Assembly (NCBI RefSeq): GCF_009914755.1
Contig: NC_060925.1
Reading direction: 5' to 3' (one strand)
Source of the DNA: the human T2T-CHM13v2.0 reference genome, Homo sapiens
Length of the DNA: 64,000 bases
This document shows positions 29,559 through 45,866 of the stretch, piece by piece; within the stretch, counting starts at the first letter, position 1; every line of letters starts with the position of its first letter. The notes beneath the pieces are model-generated. The model ran no database searches. It worked only from the letters and a program-made list of their open reading frames with translations, and was not told the DNA's origin. The position numbers were made by a program, and so were the translations under genes.

Positions 29559-29669
29559 TGGGGTTTTTACAATTTCTAAGTAAATTTAATGATCAGGAAG
29601 ATAATTAATCCTGCAAATAACACATAACTTATCTTTCTTATTCTAATTTTATACATAAATATGTGATTA

Positions 29670-29880
29670 AGTAGTGGTTCAAAAAAGCTAAACTCCATAG
29701 CCAGAAAGTCAGAAAGCCTGGTTCCACACTCAACCCTGGGACTTCCTGGTTGTATAATTTTGGACAAATCACTTCATCTCACTCAGCCTTGGTTTTCTAA
29801 TTTGTAAAACAGCAATGATTTAAGAAAATTTGAAAGGTTGTTATGTTTTGTAAAGGGACTGCAAATCACTTTGTAAATAT
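29670..29880 (+). mobile_element. MIR SINE
   Basis: tttggacaaatcacttcatctc...ttttctaatttgtaaaa core. Confidence 0.65.
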
Positions 29881-30132
29881 TAGTTTTCTCTCTCTTTAAA
29901 AACACACTTTTTTCTGGTAGATCACATAAACTGAATTTATCTGAATAATTAGGAGCATAGTCTTTAAAGTCAGACAGACTCATTAATCATCCAATGCCAG
30001 TAAGTATTTGCTGAATAAATAAATGGAATACTTTTTCAGTTTTATACTATATCAAAAACCATAGTCAAATTATGCATCCTCTCGAAGCCTCAATATTCAT
30101 GTATGTAAAATATACAAAAAGAATACCCACTT

Positions 30133-30263
30133 CAGTGATTCTCAATCACAGTACATATTAAAAACCAAACAGTTTCTGATTCAGTAGGTCTGAGGCAAGA
30201 CCTGGACAATTGCATTTAAACTTCATGAGTATTTGGAAACTGGCCCACAGCTGAGAACCACTA
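30133..30263. mobile_element. MER5-type (hAT-Charlie) element inside a MIR
   Basis: cagtgattctcaa...tctgattcagtaggtctg...gagaaccact; MIR tail follows (gttgtgaggattaaatgag). Confidence 0.75.
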
Positions 30264-30446
30264 TGCTCCCTCTGAGGGCTGTTGTGAGGATTAAATGAGA
30301 CAATGTCTGAAGGCATTTCATGTATTAGCACATGTTTAATACATATAAATATATAGATTATACCCTTCTTTTTTAACACCATTTTATACATATTTATTCA
30401 GTAAATTATATAATACATTTAAGAATTAATAAGTGAATTATTAAAG

Positions 30447-30622
30447 CATTGGTTCTCAAACTTCAGCATGATTCTAATGGGGGACTCATAAAATACAAAT
30501 TGACAGACCCCACCCTCAGAGCTTCTTCTGACTCAGTAGCTCTGAGAGGAAGTTCAAGAATTGCCTTTCCAACAAGTTCCCAAGTGATGCTGCTCCAGGG
30601 ATGACACTTTGAGAACCACTAC
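30447..30622. mobile_element. MER5A (hAT-Charlie)
   Basis: cattggttctcaaactt...aacaagttcccaagtgatgctgct...cactttgagaaccact. Confidence 0.85.
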
Positions 30623-30645
30623 CTAACAAAAACTTTAATCATATT

Positions 30646-31112
30646 TGTGATGGCTCATTTTACAGGTCAACTTGACTGGTCCACAGAGTGCCCAGACACT
30701 TGGTTAAACATTATTCTGGATGTATCTATGAGGGTGTTTCTGGATGAGATTAACATTCAAATCTGTAGCCAAAGTTAAGCAGATTGTCCTGCCTAATATG
30801 GGTGGGCATCATCCAATCCTTTAGAGGCCTGAATAGAACAAAAAGGAGAAGTAAGGGAGAATCTGCTTTCTCTGCTTGTTTTTGAGCTGGGATGTCAGTC
30901 TTCTGCATTTAGACTGTAACTATACCACCAGCCTCTCTTCTGGGTCTCCAATTTGCAGACAGTAGATAGGGGATTTCTCAGTCTCCAAAACAGAAGAGCC
31001 AATGCCTTATAAATCTCTTTCTGTATGTATATATGTGTGTGTGTGTGTGTGTTTGTGTGTATCTGCCTGTGTGTGTCCTACTGATTCTGTTTCTCTGGCG
31101 AACCCTAATACA
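30646..31112 (+). mobile_element. MLT2-type (ERVL) solo LTR with 5-bp TSD and internal (TG)n
   Basis: TG...CA termini (tgtgatgg...ccctaataca) flanked by atatt at 30641-30645 and 31113-31117. Confidence 0.92.
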
Positions 31113-31650
31113 ATATTTAAGAAATTATATATATATATAAAATTTAAAATGACAGGCAGAAAATACAATTTCAAAATGCTATATTTTAGATGTCTGGAGT
31201 TTGATTTTTTTTTTGTTTGGTGACTTGAAATATAGTCTCATATGATTACTCCTTTCTCAACAAGGCCTTAACTGACACCTGTCTTCTAGGATGAATGGGA
31301 AGACTACACCTTTGCAGGTCCACTATACCATATATTGACTTAAGATATATGATTGCACTTAACAGCCTTGAATTGAAATGGACTAATAGGGCATTACTTG
31401 CTATCTTTAATAGAAAGCAAAGTCCTTGAAGGCAGAAATCAGATCATAGTTATTATCTATGTACCCCAAGGGCCTAGCACGGTGCCTGCAGACAGTCAAT
31501 AAAATGCTTAGTGAATGCATGAAATAGAGTAAATTACTCCACTCAATTTGGAATAGAGTAAGTTTTGTGATTTTTTTTTTTAAGTCTTATGATAACTCCA
31601 TGGGAAACTCTAGACGTAGATAGAGTTATCTCTCAGCTCTTTTATCAAAG

Positions 31651-31872
31651 CAGTGGTTCTCAAAATGCAGAGCTGGGGCAGGCTGGTGCCCCCTAGAAGA
31701 CATTTGGCTATGTCAGAGACATTTTTGTATGTCACAACTGAAGAGGGTCCTAAAAACATCTAGTGAATGAAAGTCAAGGATGCTGCTAAACATCCTACAA
31801 TGCCCAGGACAGCCACCGACAACAAAATGTTCGGCCTAAAATGTCAAAGGTGTCTAGGTTGGGAAATTCAGC
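31651..31872 (+). mobile_element. MER20 (hAT-Charlie)
   Basis: cagtggttctcaa...gacatttggc...ggatgctgctaaacatcctacaatg. Confidence 0.9.
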
Positions 31873-32851
31873 ATTAGAGGAATGCAGCTGAGCTAATTAA
31901 GCAAGGGTCCTAACCCTTCTCCCATCACCCTCCTAAACAAAATTTGGCCTTAAATAAAAGCATATCAATAGCAGCAACTTACACATGTATAACAATTTGT
32001 TTTACAGATAACATTTTGCAACCTGAGGCTCAAGGTCACAAGGGCTCAAGTTAGTGGTTGATTAGCAGTAAAATGTATTCTTACCCTGAGCCAAACACTC
32101 TTAAACACTTTCTTCTTAACTCCTGGCCAGTTCATTCATCATTTAATGTGAACCTCGTCAGTAGCTACTTAATCACTGCTTTCTCATGTTACCTCCATTT
32201 CTGAGCCTAGACAAGATCACCTGTGTCAAGAGATACCTTTCCTCCAGTTGTTGTTTTGGTAATAAATTTTTATGATTTTCTTTAATTCAGTTATGTGGCT
32301 TAGCTCTTTTTCACATTAGGCCTCTTTCAAAGTATATATTAAGTCTAATATTGGTTTAAAACATTTTGCAATAAAGCCTGATTGAAAGATAATGAAATGG
32401 CAACTTTCACAGTCAAGAGCAGGACAAACAACCAGTTGTGACCTTCCCTTTTTCCTTTTCAGTTGGGCCCTAAATTGCATTCCAAAGACCCTGCTCCTGG
32501 AACAGCCTTCTGCAATCAACACAACCTCTTGGAGGTTTTACTGCGTCTGGCACTCGCAGGTTCCCCTGCTCTCACTCTCTCTCTCTCTGTTTCCTTGCTG
32601 TGAAAAACGTGTTGACCATCAGGCATATGGCAGAATAATTGGATTTCAGGCAAGCCAATGTGAGAAACCAGAAGGCAAATCTGGTCATTTGTGGGTATAC
32701 ACAGGACAAAGAAAAAGGAGTGTAGAGAAACAGAGGCTGTCCTGGAGGTAAGCTGAGGCTGAAAGTAGTTTACTCGATAAAGCCCTGTTGCTGTAAGACA
32801 AAGAAAACTTTGACTATGTTGCAGCACTCTCGTATCCAAAAAAGTGGAGTT

Positions 32852-32998
32852 AGGAGAAGGAAAGAAAGAAGGGATGAAGGAAGGAAGGAGGGAGGGAGGG
32901 AAGGAAGGAGGGAAGGAGGGAAGGAGGGGGGAGGAAGGGAGGTGGGGAGGAAGGTGACAGGGAGAAAGAAAGGGATGGAGTAAAGAAGGGGAAATGGA
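32852..32998 (+). repeat. Polypurine (GGAA/GGGA)n tract
   Basis: ggaaggaaggagggagggagggaagg..., nearly pure purine. Confidence 0.9.
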
Positions 32999-32999
32999 A

Positions 33000-33190
33000 T
33001 GAGCATTTATTGAATACCCACTATATATAACTTTGCTATTTGTTATGTCATTTAATCCTCACCATAGTCTGTAAGGTAGGTAATATAGTCTCCATTTTTT
33101 TCAGATAAGGAGAGTGAAGTTGAAAGGTTAAGTCATGTGCCCAAAATCACAGAGCTGAGATTGGAACACATATCTGCCCGATCCGAAAGT
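33000..33190 (-). mobile_element. MIR SINE
   Basis: tcatttaatcctcaccatagtctgtaaggtagg...cagataagg...ggttaagtc. Confidence 0.75.
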
Positions 33191-34149
33191 TCGGAAAAAA
33201 AAAGAAAATGGTTAGGTTCTGGGAAAATGTGGGGTTTTTTCTCCCCATCCCCAGACATAGATGTTTTTTAAAATTTTTTAAAACATATTAAGAAAAATCA
33301 TTTGGGGAACATTGTACCCGGCATGATAGAAAACTGAATTGAGATATGGGATTGTTCTTCCTGAAATAAAGATATCTGGTTCCTATACTTACTTCATACT
33401 GGTTTTTTTAAAAAAACAGATAATATTTTTTACATTTATTTCTTCCACAAATAATTGGAAACACTAAGTGAAAGGCACTGTGCTAGTCACCATTGAAGGT
33501 ATAACTGTGAACAAGGCATGAAATTTACAGTCTAGTAGAGAAGAAAAGTAAACATGCAATTATGATAGAGTTTGATAAATATTATAACAAGTGAAACCTC
33601 AGGGAGTTATGGGAACAAGTTAATATTGACAAAGAGAAATACCAGAGTTTCAGGTTGAGGCTTAAGGCATGAGTAAGCAAAGTGAAAACCCCTTTCTTCC
33701 ACAAAAGAAGTTAGAAGTCAATGTTAAGTTTGGAGGAACTGCATTCACGCGCACCCTCTCTCTTTCTCTCTCTCTCTCTCTCAAACAATACTCTAATTCT
33801 AGACAATAAAAGAAAGACCTCTGCCACCTAATCTGCCATGTCATTCATTAAAACAGAGCTAATTCCATAACGTGGTAAAAAGCAGCATTGGACTAAAAGC
33901 CAGATCTGAATTTTCATCTAGGCTTGCCAGAGTGCTGGCTATGTGACTGTGGGAAAGTAAGTTTAACTTCCCTGATCCTAAGTTTCCTTATCTGCTAAGG
34001 GAGTTAAGCTAAACCATTTTTAAGTCTCTCCCATTTTTAATACTCTCTGTAGTTCTAACTCTAATGACTACTCAATGACATAGTGTAGCTTGCAATCAGA
34101 AATTTGTTTGATAAACTGTCTTAGAACTTTAGACTTTTGAATATTTATG

Positions 34150-37100
34150 GAGAGAGAGAGCAAGATGGTATAATGGAAAGCTCTACCCATCGTCCTGCCA
34201 GCAAGAATATCCAATTAACAACTATCTACACAGGGAAAATACCCTTATAAGAACCAAGAACCAAAGTCAGGCGAGCATACATAGTATCTGGTTTTACCTT
34301 CATATCACAGAAAGTGGCACTAAAGAGATAGAAAAAACGGTCCTGAATCACCAATGCCACCCTGCCCCCACCTCTGGCAGCAGCTGTGTGGTAGTGAGAG
34401 CATCTCTGTGTGCTCGGGGAGAGAGAACACAGCAATTGGGAGGCATTGAACTCAGTGATGTTCTGTGAGAGCAGAAAGGAAAACCCAGATCAAACTCAGC
34501 TGATGCCCCCTGCAGAGAGAGCATTTAAACTAGCCCTAGCCAGAGGGGAATTGTCCATCTCAGCAGTCTGAACTTGAGTGCCTGGAAACCTCACCACCTA
34601 GCGCCAAAGTGGTCTTCGTCTCTAAGTAAATGTGAAAGGCAGTCTAGGCCATAAGGAGTGCAACTCCACAACCTGTAGGCAAGTCCTAGGGATGAAATAG
34701 GCCCAGAGACAGTGGATTAGGGGGGCACACGACGTACTGAGACACCAGCTGGGGTAACCAAGGGAGTGCTGGCATCACCCTTCCCCTAACCCCTGACTGC
34801 TCAGCTCTGGGCTCAAAAAGAGACCCCTTCCTTCTGCTTGAGGACAGAAGAGAGAAGACTCAGGAGGATTTTGTCTTGCATCTTGGATACCAGCTTAGCC
34901 ACAGCAGGATAGGTCAGCATCATGAAGCTCTGTTCTAGGCCCTAGCTGACAGATGACAATTCTAGACATACCCTGGGCCAGAAGGTAATCTGCTGCCTTA
35001 ATGGAAAAAATCCAGTCTTGCCAGCATTCATCACCTGCTAGCTACCTAAATAACCAGTAGCAATACCTAGGTACTACATCAAGGGCCTTGGTAAGCCTCT
35101 GAGACTTGCTGGCTTCAAGTACCAACACTGCCACAGAGGCATACAGCACCAGTGAGCTCTTGGGGTCCCCAATTCCAGGACTTGACTCTTGGACAGCATT
35201 TCTGAACCTGCCCTGGGGCAGAGAGGAGCCCAGTGCCCTGAGGGGAGTCTAGTCTGAGGCTAAACAGCATTCACACAAGCTGACTTAAGAGTCCGTGGGC
35301 CTTAAGGGAACATGGCTGATAGTCTGGCAGTAGTCCTCATGGCCAGGGGTGGTGGTGGCTATGGGGTGAGGTTCCTCTGCCTTTGGAAAAGGGGAAGAAA
35401 GAGTGGGAAGGACTACATCTTGCAGTTTGAGTGCCAGCTCAGCAACAATAAATAGAAAATCAGATAGACTCCTAAGGTTTTTGATTCTAGTGCCTGACTC
35501 CCAGATAGCACTTCTGAACCCACCTGGAGCTTAGGGGACCCTGCTACCCTGAAGGGAAGGAGACAGGCTTTGCCACCTGCTGGTTTTAGAGCCCCAGGGC
35601 CTTGAGTGAAGATAGGCAGTAGCCAGGGAGTAGTTACAGCAGGACTTTGGCGAGACCCTGCACTGGGCTGGCATCAGGACTCACTCAGAGCAGTCATACT
35701 GGTGGTGGCCACAGGAGCTTTAGGTGGCTCAGAACAGAGAGAGACTGTATGTTTGGGAGAAAGTAGGGGAAATAAACAAGAGTCTCTGCCTGGTAATCCA
35801 GAGAATTCTCCTGAATCTTATCCAAGACTAACAATGTTGTACCTCTATGAGTCTGCAAGAACCACAGCATTACTGGCCTTCGGGTGCCCCCTAAGGTGGG
35901 AGAAAGTGAGAGAAATCACCTTCACTAAAAGGAAGACAAGAAGGAAGAAAACACCACAAAACAATCGGAAAACAAATAACAAATGGCACCCGTAAGTTCT
36001 TACTTAACAATAACATTAAATGTAAATAGACTAAACTCTCCAATCAAAAAACATAGAGTGGTTAAACCCACTTGATCACGGTGGAGTATCTTTTTGATAT
36101 GCTGTTGGATTTGATTACCTAGTATTTTGTTAATAATTTTTGCATCTATGTTCATCAGGGATATTGTTCTTTAGTTTTCTTTTTTGTTATGTCTTTTTTT
36201 GGTTTTGGTATTATGGTGATAACAAAGAAAAGTCAAAAATAGAAAACTACAGGCCAATATCTCTGGTGAATATTGATGCAAAATACTCAGCAAAATACTA
36301 GCAAACCAAACTCAACAATACACTAGAAAGATCGTTTATAATGACCAAGTGGGATTTACCCCTAGGATGCAAGAATGGTTCAACATATGCAAATCAAGCA
36401 ACATGATACATCATATCAACAGAATGAAGGATAAAAATCATATGATAATTTCAATTGATGCTGAAAAAGCATTTTATAACAGTCAACATCCTTTCATGAT
36501 AAAAAAAAAAACCTCCAAAAACTGGTGATAGAAGGAACACAACTCAACAGAATAAAAGCCACATATGACAGATCCACAGCTAGTGTCTACTGAATAGGGA
36601 AAAACCAAAAGCCTTTCCTCTAAGATATGGGACATGACAAGGATGCCCACTGTCAACACTGTTATTCAACATAGTACTGGAAGTCCTAGCTAGAACAATC
36701 AGACAAGAGAAAAATATAAAGGGCATCCAAATTGGAAAGGAAGAAGTCAAATTATCCTTGTTTGCAGATGATATGATCTTATATTTGGATAAACCTAAAG
36801 ACTCTATTAGAAAACTATTAGAGCTGATAAATTCAGTAAAGTTGCAGGATACAAAATTAACATAAAAAATCAGTAACATTTCTATATGCTAACAGTGAAC
36901 AATGCAAAAAAAAATTTAAAAAGTAATCCCATTATAATAGCCACACATAAAATTAAATACTTAGGATTTAACCAAAGAAATGTAAGATCTCTAAAATTAA
37001 AACTATAAAATACTGATGAAGGAAATTAAAGAGGACACCAAAAAATTAAAAAATATGAATATTGTTAAAATGTCCATACTATGCAAAGCAATCTACAGAT

Positions 37101-38820
37101 TCAATGCAATCCCTATCAAAGTAACAATGACATTCTTCACATAAATAGAAAAAACAATCCTAAAATTTATATGAAACCACAGAAGGCCCAGAATAGCCAA
37201 AGCTACCACAAGCAAAAATAACAAAACTGGAGGAATCACATTACCTGATTTCAAATTATATTACAGAGCTACAGTAAGTAAAACAGCATGATACTGGCAT
37301 AAAAGCAGACACATAGAGTAACGGAACAGAATAGAGAACCCAGAAAGAAATCTACACACCCACAGTGAACTCATTTTCAACAAAGGTGCAAAGAATATAT
37401 ACTGGGGGAAAGAGATTCTCCTCAACAAATGGTGCTGGGAAAAATGGATATCTATATACAGAAGAATGAAATTAGACCCCTGTCTCTCACCATACACACA
37501 AATCAAATCAAAATGGATTAAAGAAATCTAAGACCTCAAACTATGAAACTACTATAAGAAAACATTAGGAAAACTCTCCAGGACATTGGTCTAGGCAAAA
37601 ATTTCTTGAGCAATATCCCACAAGCACAAGCAACCAAAGTAAACATGAACAAATGGGATCATATTAAGTTTAAAAGTTTCTGCACAGCAAAGGATACAAT
37701 CAACAAAGTAAAGAGACATCCCACAGAATGGGAGAAAATATTTGCAAGCTACCCCTCTGACAAGGGATTAATAACCAGAATACACAAGGAACTCAACACT
37801 AAAGGAAAATGTCTATTAATCCAATCAAAACATGGTCAAAAGATTTGAATTGACATTTCTCAAAAGACACAAAAATGGCAAACAGGCATATGAAAAGTTA
37901 CTCAAAACCATTGCTTATCAGAGAAATACAAATCAAAACTAAAATGAGATATCATCTCACCCCAGTTAAAATGACTTACATCCAAAAGACAGGCAATAAC
38001 AAATGTTGGCATGGATGTGGAGAAAAGGGAACCCTTGTACACTTTTGGTGGGAATGTAAATTAGTACAACCACAAAGAAGAACAGTTTGGAGGTTCCTCA
38101 AAAAACTAAAAGTTGAGCTACTATATGATCCAGCAATCCCACTGCTAGATATATACCCAAAAGAAAGGAAATCAGTATATCAAAGAGATACATGCACTCT
38201 TATGTTTGTTGCAGCATTGTTTACAATAGCTAAGATTTGGAAGCAACCTAAGTATCCATCAACACATGAATAGATAAAGAAAATGTGGGACATATACACA
38301 ATGGAGTACTATTCAGCCATAAAAAAGGATGAGATCCTGTCATTTGCAACAATGCAGATGGAACTCGGGATTATTATGTTAAGCGAAATAAGCAGGCACA
38401 GAAAGACGAGTGTCACATGTTCTCACTTATTCATGGGATCTAAAAATCAAAACAATTGAACTCATGGAGATAGAGAGTAGGAGTTACCAAAGGCTGAGAA
38501 GGGTAGTCAGGGGATGGAGGGAAGAGGGGATAGTTAATGGGTACAAAAAATAGAGGGAAGTGGGGATAGTTAATAGGTACAAAAAGTAGAATTAATAAGA
38601 CATACTATTTGATAGCACAACAGGGTGACTATACATTTTAAAATAAGACAAAATGTAATAGGATTGTTTGCAACTCAGTGGATAAATGCTTGAGAAGATG
38701 AATACCCTATTCTTCATGATGTGCTTATTTCACATTGCATGCCTATAATAAGACATCTCACATACCCCATAAATATATACACCTACTGTGTACCCACAGG
38801 AATTAAAAATAAATAAAACA
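34150..38820 (+). mobile_element. L1MA1/2-type element retaining 5'UTR and 3' end, with large internal deletions
   Basis: 5'UTR from caagatgg (~34160-35890); most of ORF1 missing; ORF2 start at ~35983; RT tttgcagatgat (FADD) at ~36761; ORF2 C-terminal ORFs 37606-38273; L1MA 3'UTR and A-rich end. Confidence 0.9.
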
Positions 38821-40860
38821 CTTAAGATCTTTACATTGAGACTATCTCCAGTTGCGTCATTTAAAAATTATACTGAGCCCAAGTCACATGAATTTTACAA
38901 CCAATATTAAACAAGGTAAGAAAAACTGACATCATAAATGGAGATATATCAGCTTTTGAAAAATCCCAAAATGAAGTTCTGAAGGGAAAAAAAAGAACAT
39001 GTTTAAATATAGCACGACAGTATTCTAAGCCGGATCCAAATGTCATTAGTGTCTCCAAATGAAATGTTAAAAGATTGAATTACCCCATTTTGTATTATAT
39101 TATCTGACTGCTTATACAGTAGAAAAATAGTAAGACTAAAAAAATTAGAAAAGCTGAATTTTGGTCTTAATATTATTTTATTCATAGGTCAGCATTTTTT
39201 AAACTATCAGTATGTCAACTGTAAAATGGCATTCAAAATTATAATGAAATCGTCAAGTGATATGTAAATTGATAATAAGCAACAGAAATGCTATGCTTTC
39301 TTATCTTTAGAAATAAGAAAATTAACATTTTCAAATTTTCTCTGCCTTTTGAAAATTAATTAGCTAACATTTATGAAGTTTTTATACCTTGGAAGAAAAC
39401 TAATGATGTAACAGAAAAAGGCAGAGGGAAGATGGTACCTTTTTTTTTTATCATGTTAGTAAAAAAGAAAGATTATTAAACTAACAATGTTAACCAGTAA
39501 CAACCTGAAAATAAAGTCAATATTTATTTTTTCATAAACAATTAGTGAGGGTAGATAAAGTCAATATTTCAGTGTATATTTTGCCCCTGATTTCAGTAAA
39601 ACATATAAGGCTGAAAACAAATTATAAATTCATTTTAAAACCCTTAAAATTATATTTGGTATTACAACTCTGAAGTTTTTAGTGTGACCATTTTCAATAA
39701 ATTACTTTTTGTTAACCAAGACTAACCCAAAATAAGAAAATAATTATATCAAAAGAAGAAAGAAAGGGAGGTAGGGAGGTAGAAAGGGAAGAAAATATAC
39801 CTCTTCTAGTGCTTCAGAAATAATTCTAGAGTAACAAGTTTTAAAGATTCCAAATGTGGAAAAGTCACCTATTAAGTATTAACTAAAGACTAACTCCAGG
39901 TTGACAGTGATGTATTCTCTGGAAAAGACTTTGCCTAAGGGCAGCTTTTCACACTTTATTCACACACACATCCCATTCCATTGTCTATATTTTTAAATCA
40001 GAAATTTTCCTGCCCAAAGCATACCAGATTTCAATATTTCAAAAACATCTCAAAGGCCCTGACCCATAAATTATTTATTCCCTGTGGATCATGGAACCAA
40101 CTTTTTCACTACAATTAAAAAAAAAACTTTTGATGAGTTAGATAGTTCCCTATTTGAAACCTGAAAGAAATGAAAACCATAATAGTTAATTGATTATCCA
40201 GAAATAGATTCATGATATTGATTATTCAGGCATGATCTGAAAATTCTCACTACTACAGAAAGAAGCAATATCCACTCTGAACTATGTCTGTAAATTTCAG
40301 CTCACTGGCTGGCACCAGGACTCTTCCATTCACTTGCATAATTTTTAAAAAAACTGCATCTTAAAACTCATTCATATGTTCATTTAACAAATAATTATTA
40401 AACACTTTCTAAGTGCTAGGCACCAATAGAAAGATTTACTAGTCTCTATTTTCAAGAAGTTTATGGCTTAATTTTATATTCATGTATAAACTTACCAGCA
40501 TTAAAGGAAGAATAGGACAGAAAGAAAAATGAATGATATTTGAAATATAAGCCTTAAAAGTTCCTGTTAAAAAGAGATAATTTAGCATCACATTCATTTG
40601 TACCTTTTCCCTTAGAACTCAAGCTAATATTACATATCTGACCTATTGACTAGCTTTCTGAGAATTTCTAACATCATTCAAAAAGAACACTATTAAGATT
40701 TACAGCTAATATCAAATCTTCTAATAACCAATTGGTACAAGTCCCTGAATATATTAATAGCAAATTCACTTTTTCTTTTTCTTTCATGGGCCCACACTTA
40801 ACCTTTAGGCTCAGATGATACTGAGTTTCTTCAAACTAAAGTGATAGTTCAACATAGTAG

Positions 40861-40890
40861 ACACACGCACACACACACACACACACACAC
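40861..40890 (+). repeat. (CA)n microsatellite
   Basis: acacacgcacacacacac... Confidence 0.9.
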
Positions 40891-40905
40891 AATGTAATGT
40901 TCACA

Positions 40906-43603
<2,698 letters not shown>

Positions 43604-43764
43604 GACTATTCATAAACAAATATATATATAATGTTGTTTAGACTATTACATTTCCACAGAAAACTCAGTTAATTATGCCAGTTATGCTAAATTAATGCAA
43701 TTGAATATTACCAAACCATTTAAAATAAAATTATGAAAATATATAAAAATATAGAGAAATGTTT

Positions 43765-44930
43765 GATTCATTCAATAAATGTTCATTTAGTATCTGTGAT
43801 ATGTCCAAAATTACACTTGACATTTGGATTAAAGGATAAATTGCGCACAATCAAAATGCTCGCATTGCTCACAGCCTAGTAATGGGTATCTAGGAAGGGA
43901 CAAAAAGATTGGGAGCAACGCTAAGAAAGAGATGACAGTTTCTAGACAACTAGCTTGGAAATAGAGCACTGTTTTTTCAAGCATCAATGTACAGGCTGGC
44001 TGGCCTAAAACTAACTGATAGCGCATCAACAGAACAATTGGAGACAGAAGTGGACCAGAGCGACACTCTAACCTGGGATGTTAAGCCACTGACTGATTTG
44101 CGGTCAGGTTTTTGGTTCCTTTTGCTTCAGTGCAGAAGTAGGGCTGAAGACCCACATGAAGATTGAGGAAGGAGATGGATGTGTAGAGTCTACATTTAAA
44201 TTGATATAAGAGCACTAACAGAGGTATATGAAAGATGTTATGGGAGCAATGAGAAAGAAGTGCTTAATTTGAAGGTGGTAGTCAGAGAAGATGGGAAATT
44301 TTACAGAGAAGTTGACATTTGTGCTTAATCTTGGAAAAAAATAGAAATTTTCAGAATTATACATGTGCACACACACACATACAAACCATCCAAAACAATA
44401 ACATCATGAAGGCAGAGAAGCATAAAAGAATGTGTATGGCCCCCAGTATTTAGTGTGGTCGGATCATTAAGAATTAGGGTGAATGTGGGAAGTGGTGGGA
44501 AATGAACCTGGAAGGGTAATCATAGGTCAGATTCTAGACTTGGATGGTTTGCTACAGAATTTTGATTTTGTCTTGTGTAGCCAATGAAAAGCCATTATTG
44601 GATTTTAGGGATGTGAAATGACCAGATTTGTCTTTCAGGAGTGTCATAAGTGCAGGAGTTTCTTAATTGCAGTAGAGTAAAAAATAAATTGGAGGAAAGC
44701 TAGGTCGAAAGCAAGGAGACCCCTTAGTGCAGAGGTGGTCTAATCCATATTAGAAATGATAACACTGACTCAGATCTGTGGCAGCAGAGATAGAGAAAAG
44801 TAGATACTTAGGATCAAGAGTAGTGACTGACTTTATCAGTTTGAGCAGAGCCTGGAAAGAGGATGTGAGAGGGAATATGGAGTCAAGGACTCTTAGCTTG
44901 TGCAAGCAGACAGATAAAGATGTCATTATA
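43765..44930 (-). mobile_element. L2 (3' portion), interrupted at ~43885-44185
   Basis: ttcattcaataaatgtt...gctcacagcctagt; resumes ...gttatgggagca...tgacatttgtgct...ggagtcaagga. Confidence 0.65.
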
Positions 44931-45253
44931 TAAAAGTACAACCATGAAAATTATATATGAACCAAGACTAGATGGTAAACTACAAAAATAAAGGAAAAAA
45001 AGTTGAGTTAGAACAGTAGGACCACTTGTTTTCCAAAACTTTTTCAATGTCATACTCTATGTCTGAAATTGTTTGGGGTTACATCTAGTTTTAAATATTA
45101 ACTCTGTAAATCATTAGTTTTATAATTTTGAGCAGGTTGTTTAACCTCTGTGAATTGTCTCATCCAAATATTTATTTATTTATTTATTAATCTTGTTTCA
45201 AAAAATATTTTAAGTAGTTTATAAAAATAAATACAATTCAGCAAAACAAAGTA

Positions 45254-45603
45254 CAGTCATGTGCCACATAATGACATTTTAGTCAATGACAGACCACATA
45301 CAGAATAGTGGTCCCATAAGATTATGATATTGTATTTTTACTGTACCATTTTTATGTTAAGATATACAAATATTTACCATTGTGTTATGATTGTCTAGAG
45401 TATTTAATACAGTGGTGTTCTGTGCAGATATATAGCCTAGGAGTGGAGCAATAGGCTATACCATATAGCCTATCTATGTGTATAACTAGATATGGCTACA
45501 CCATCTAGGTTTCTATAAGTACATTCTACAATGTTTGCATGACAAAATTACCTAATGACACATTTATTAGAATGTAGCCCCATACTTAAGCAATGCATGA
45601 CTG
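45254..45603 (+). mobile_element. Tigger3a-type transposon
   Basis: TA-cagtcatgtgccacataatgac ... ttaagcaatgcatgactg-TA. Confidence 0.92.
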
Positions 45604-45866
45604 TATATAAAGAGAGACAGTGAGAAGAAAGAGTAAGAATATGAGAAACAAAATGAATCAAGTGCATGACTTATGATGACATAACCTTGAGCAAGAAGTG
45701 AGCTCAACATTAGTTCTGAGACTTCCTGTCTACCCATAGTGGAAAACACAATGAGTTCCATGAGTGACATTGTTCATTTTGGCTAGCGACATTTCAGAGA
45801 AATTTATCCATGAGATCCTCATAATACAGATTCTAAAAACAGTGATCAGCACAAGAAATAACATCC

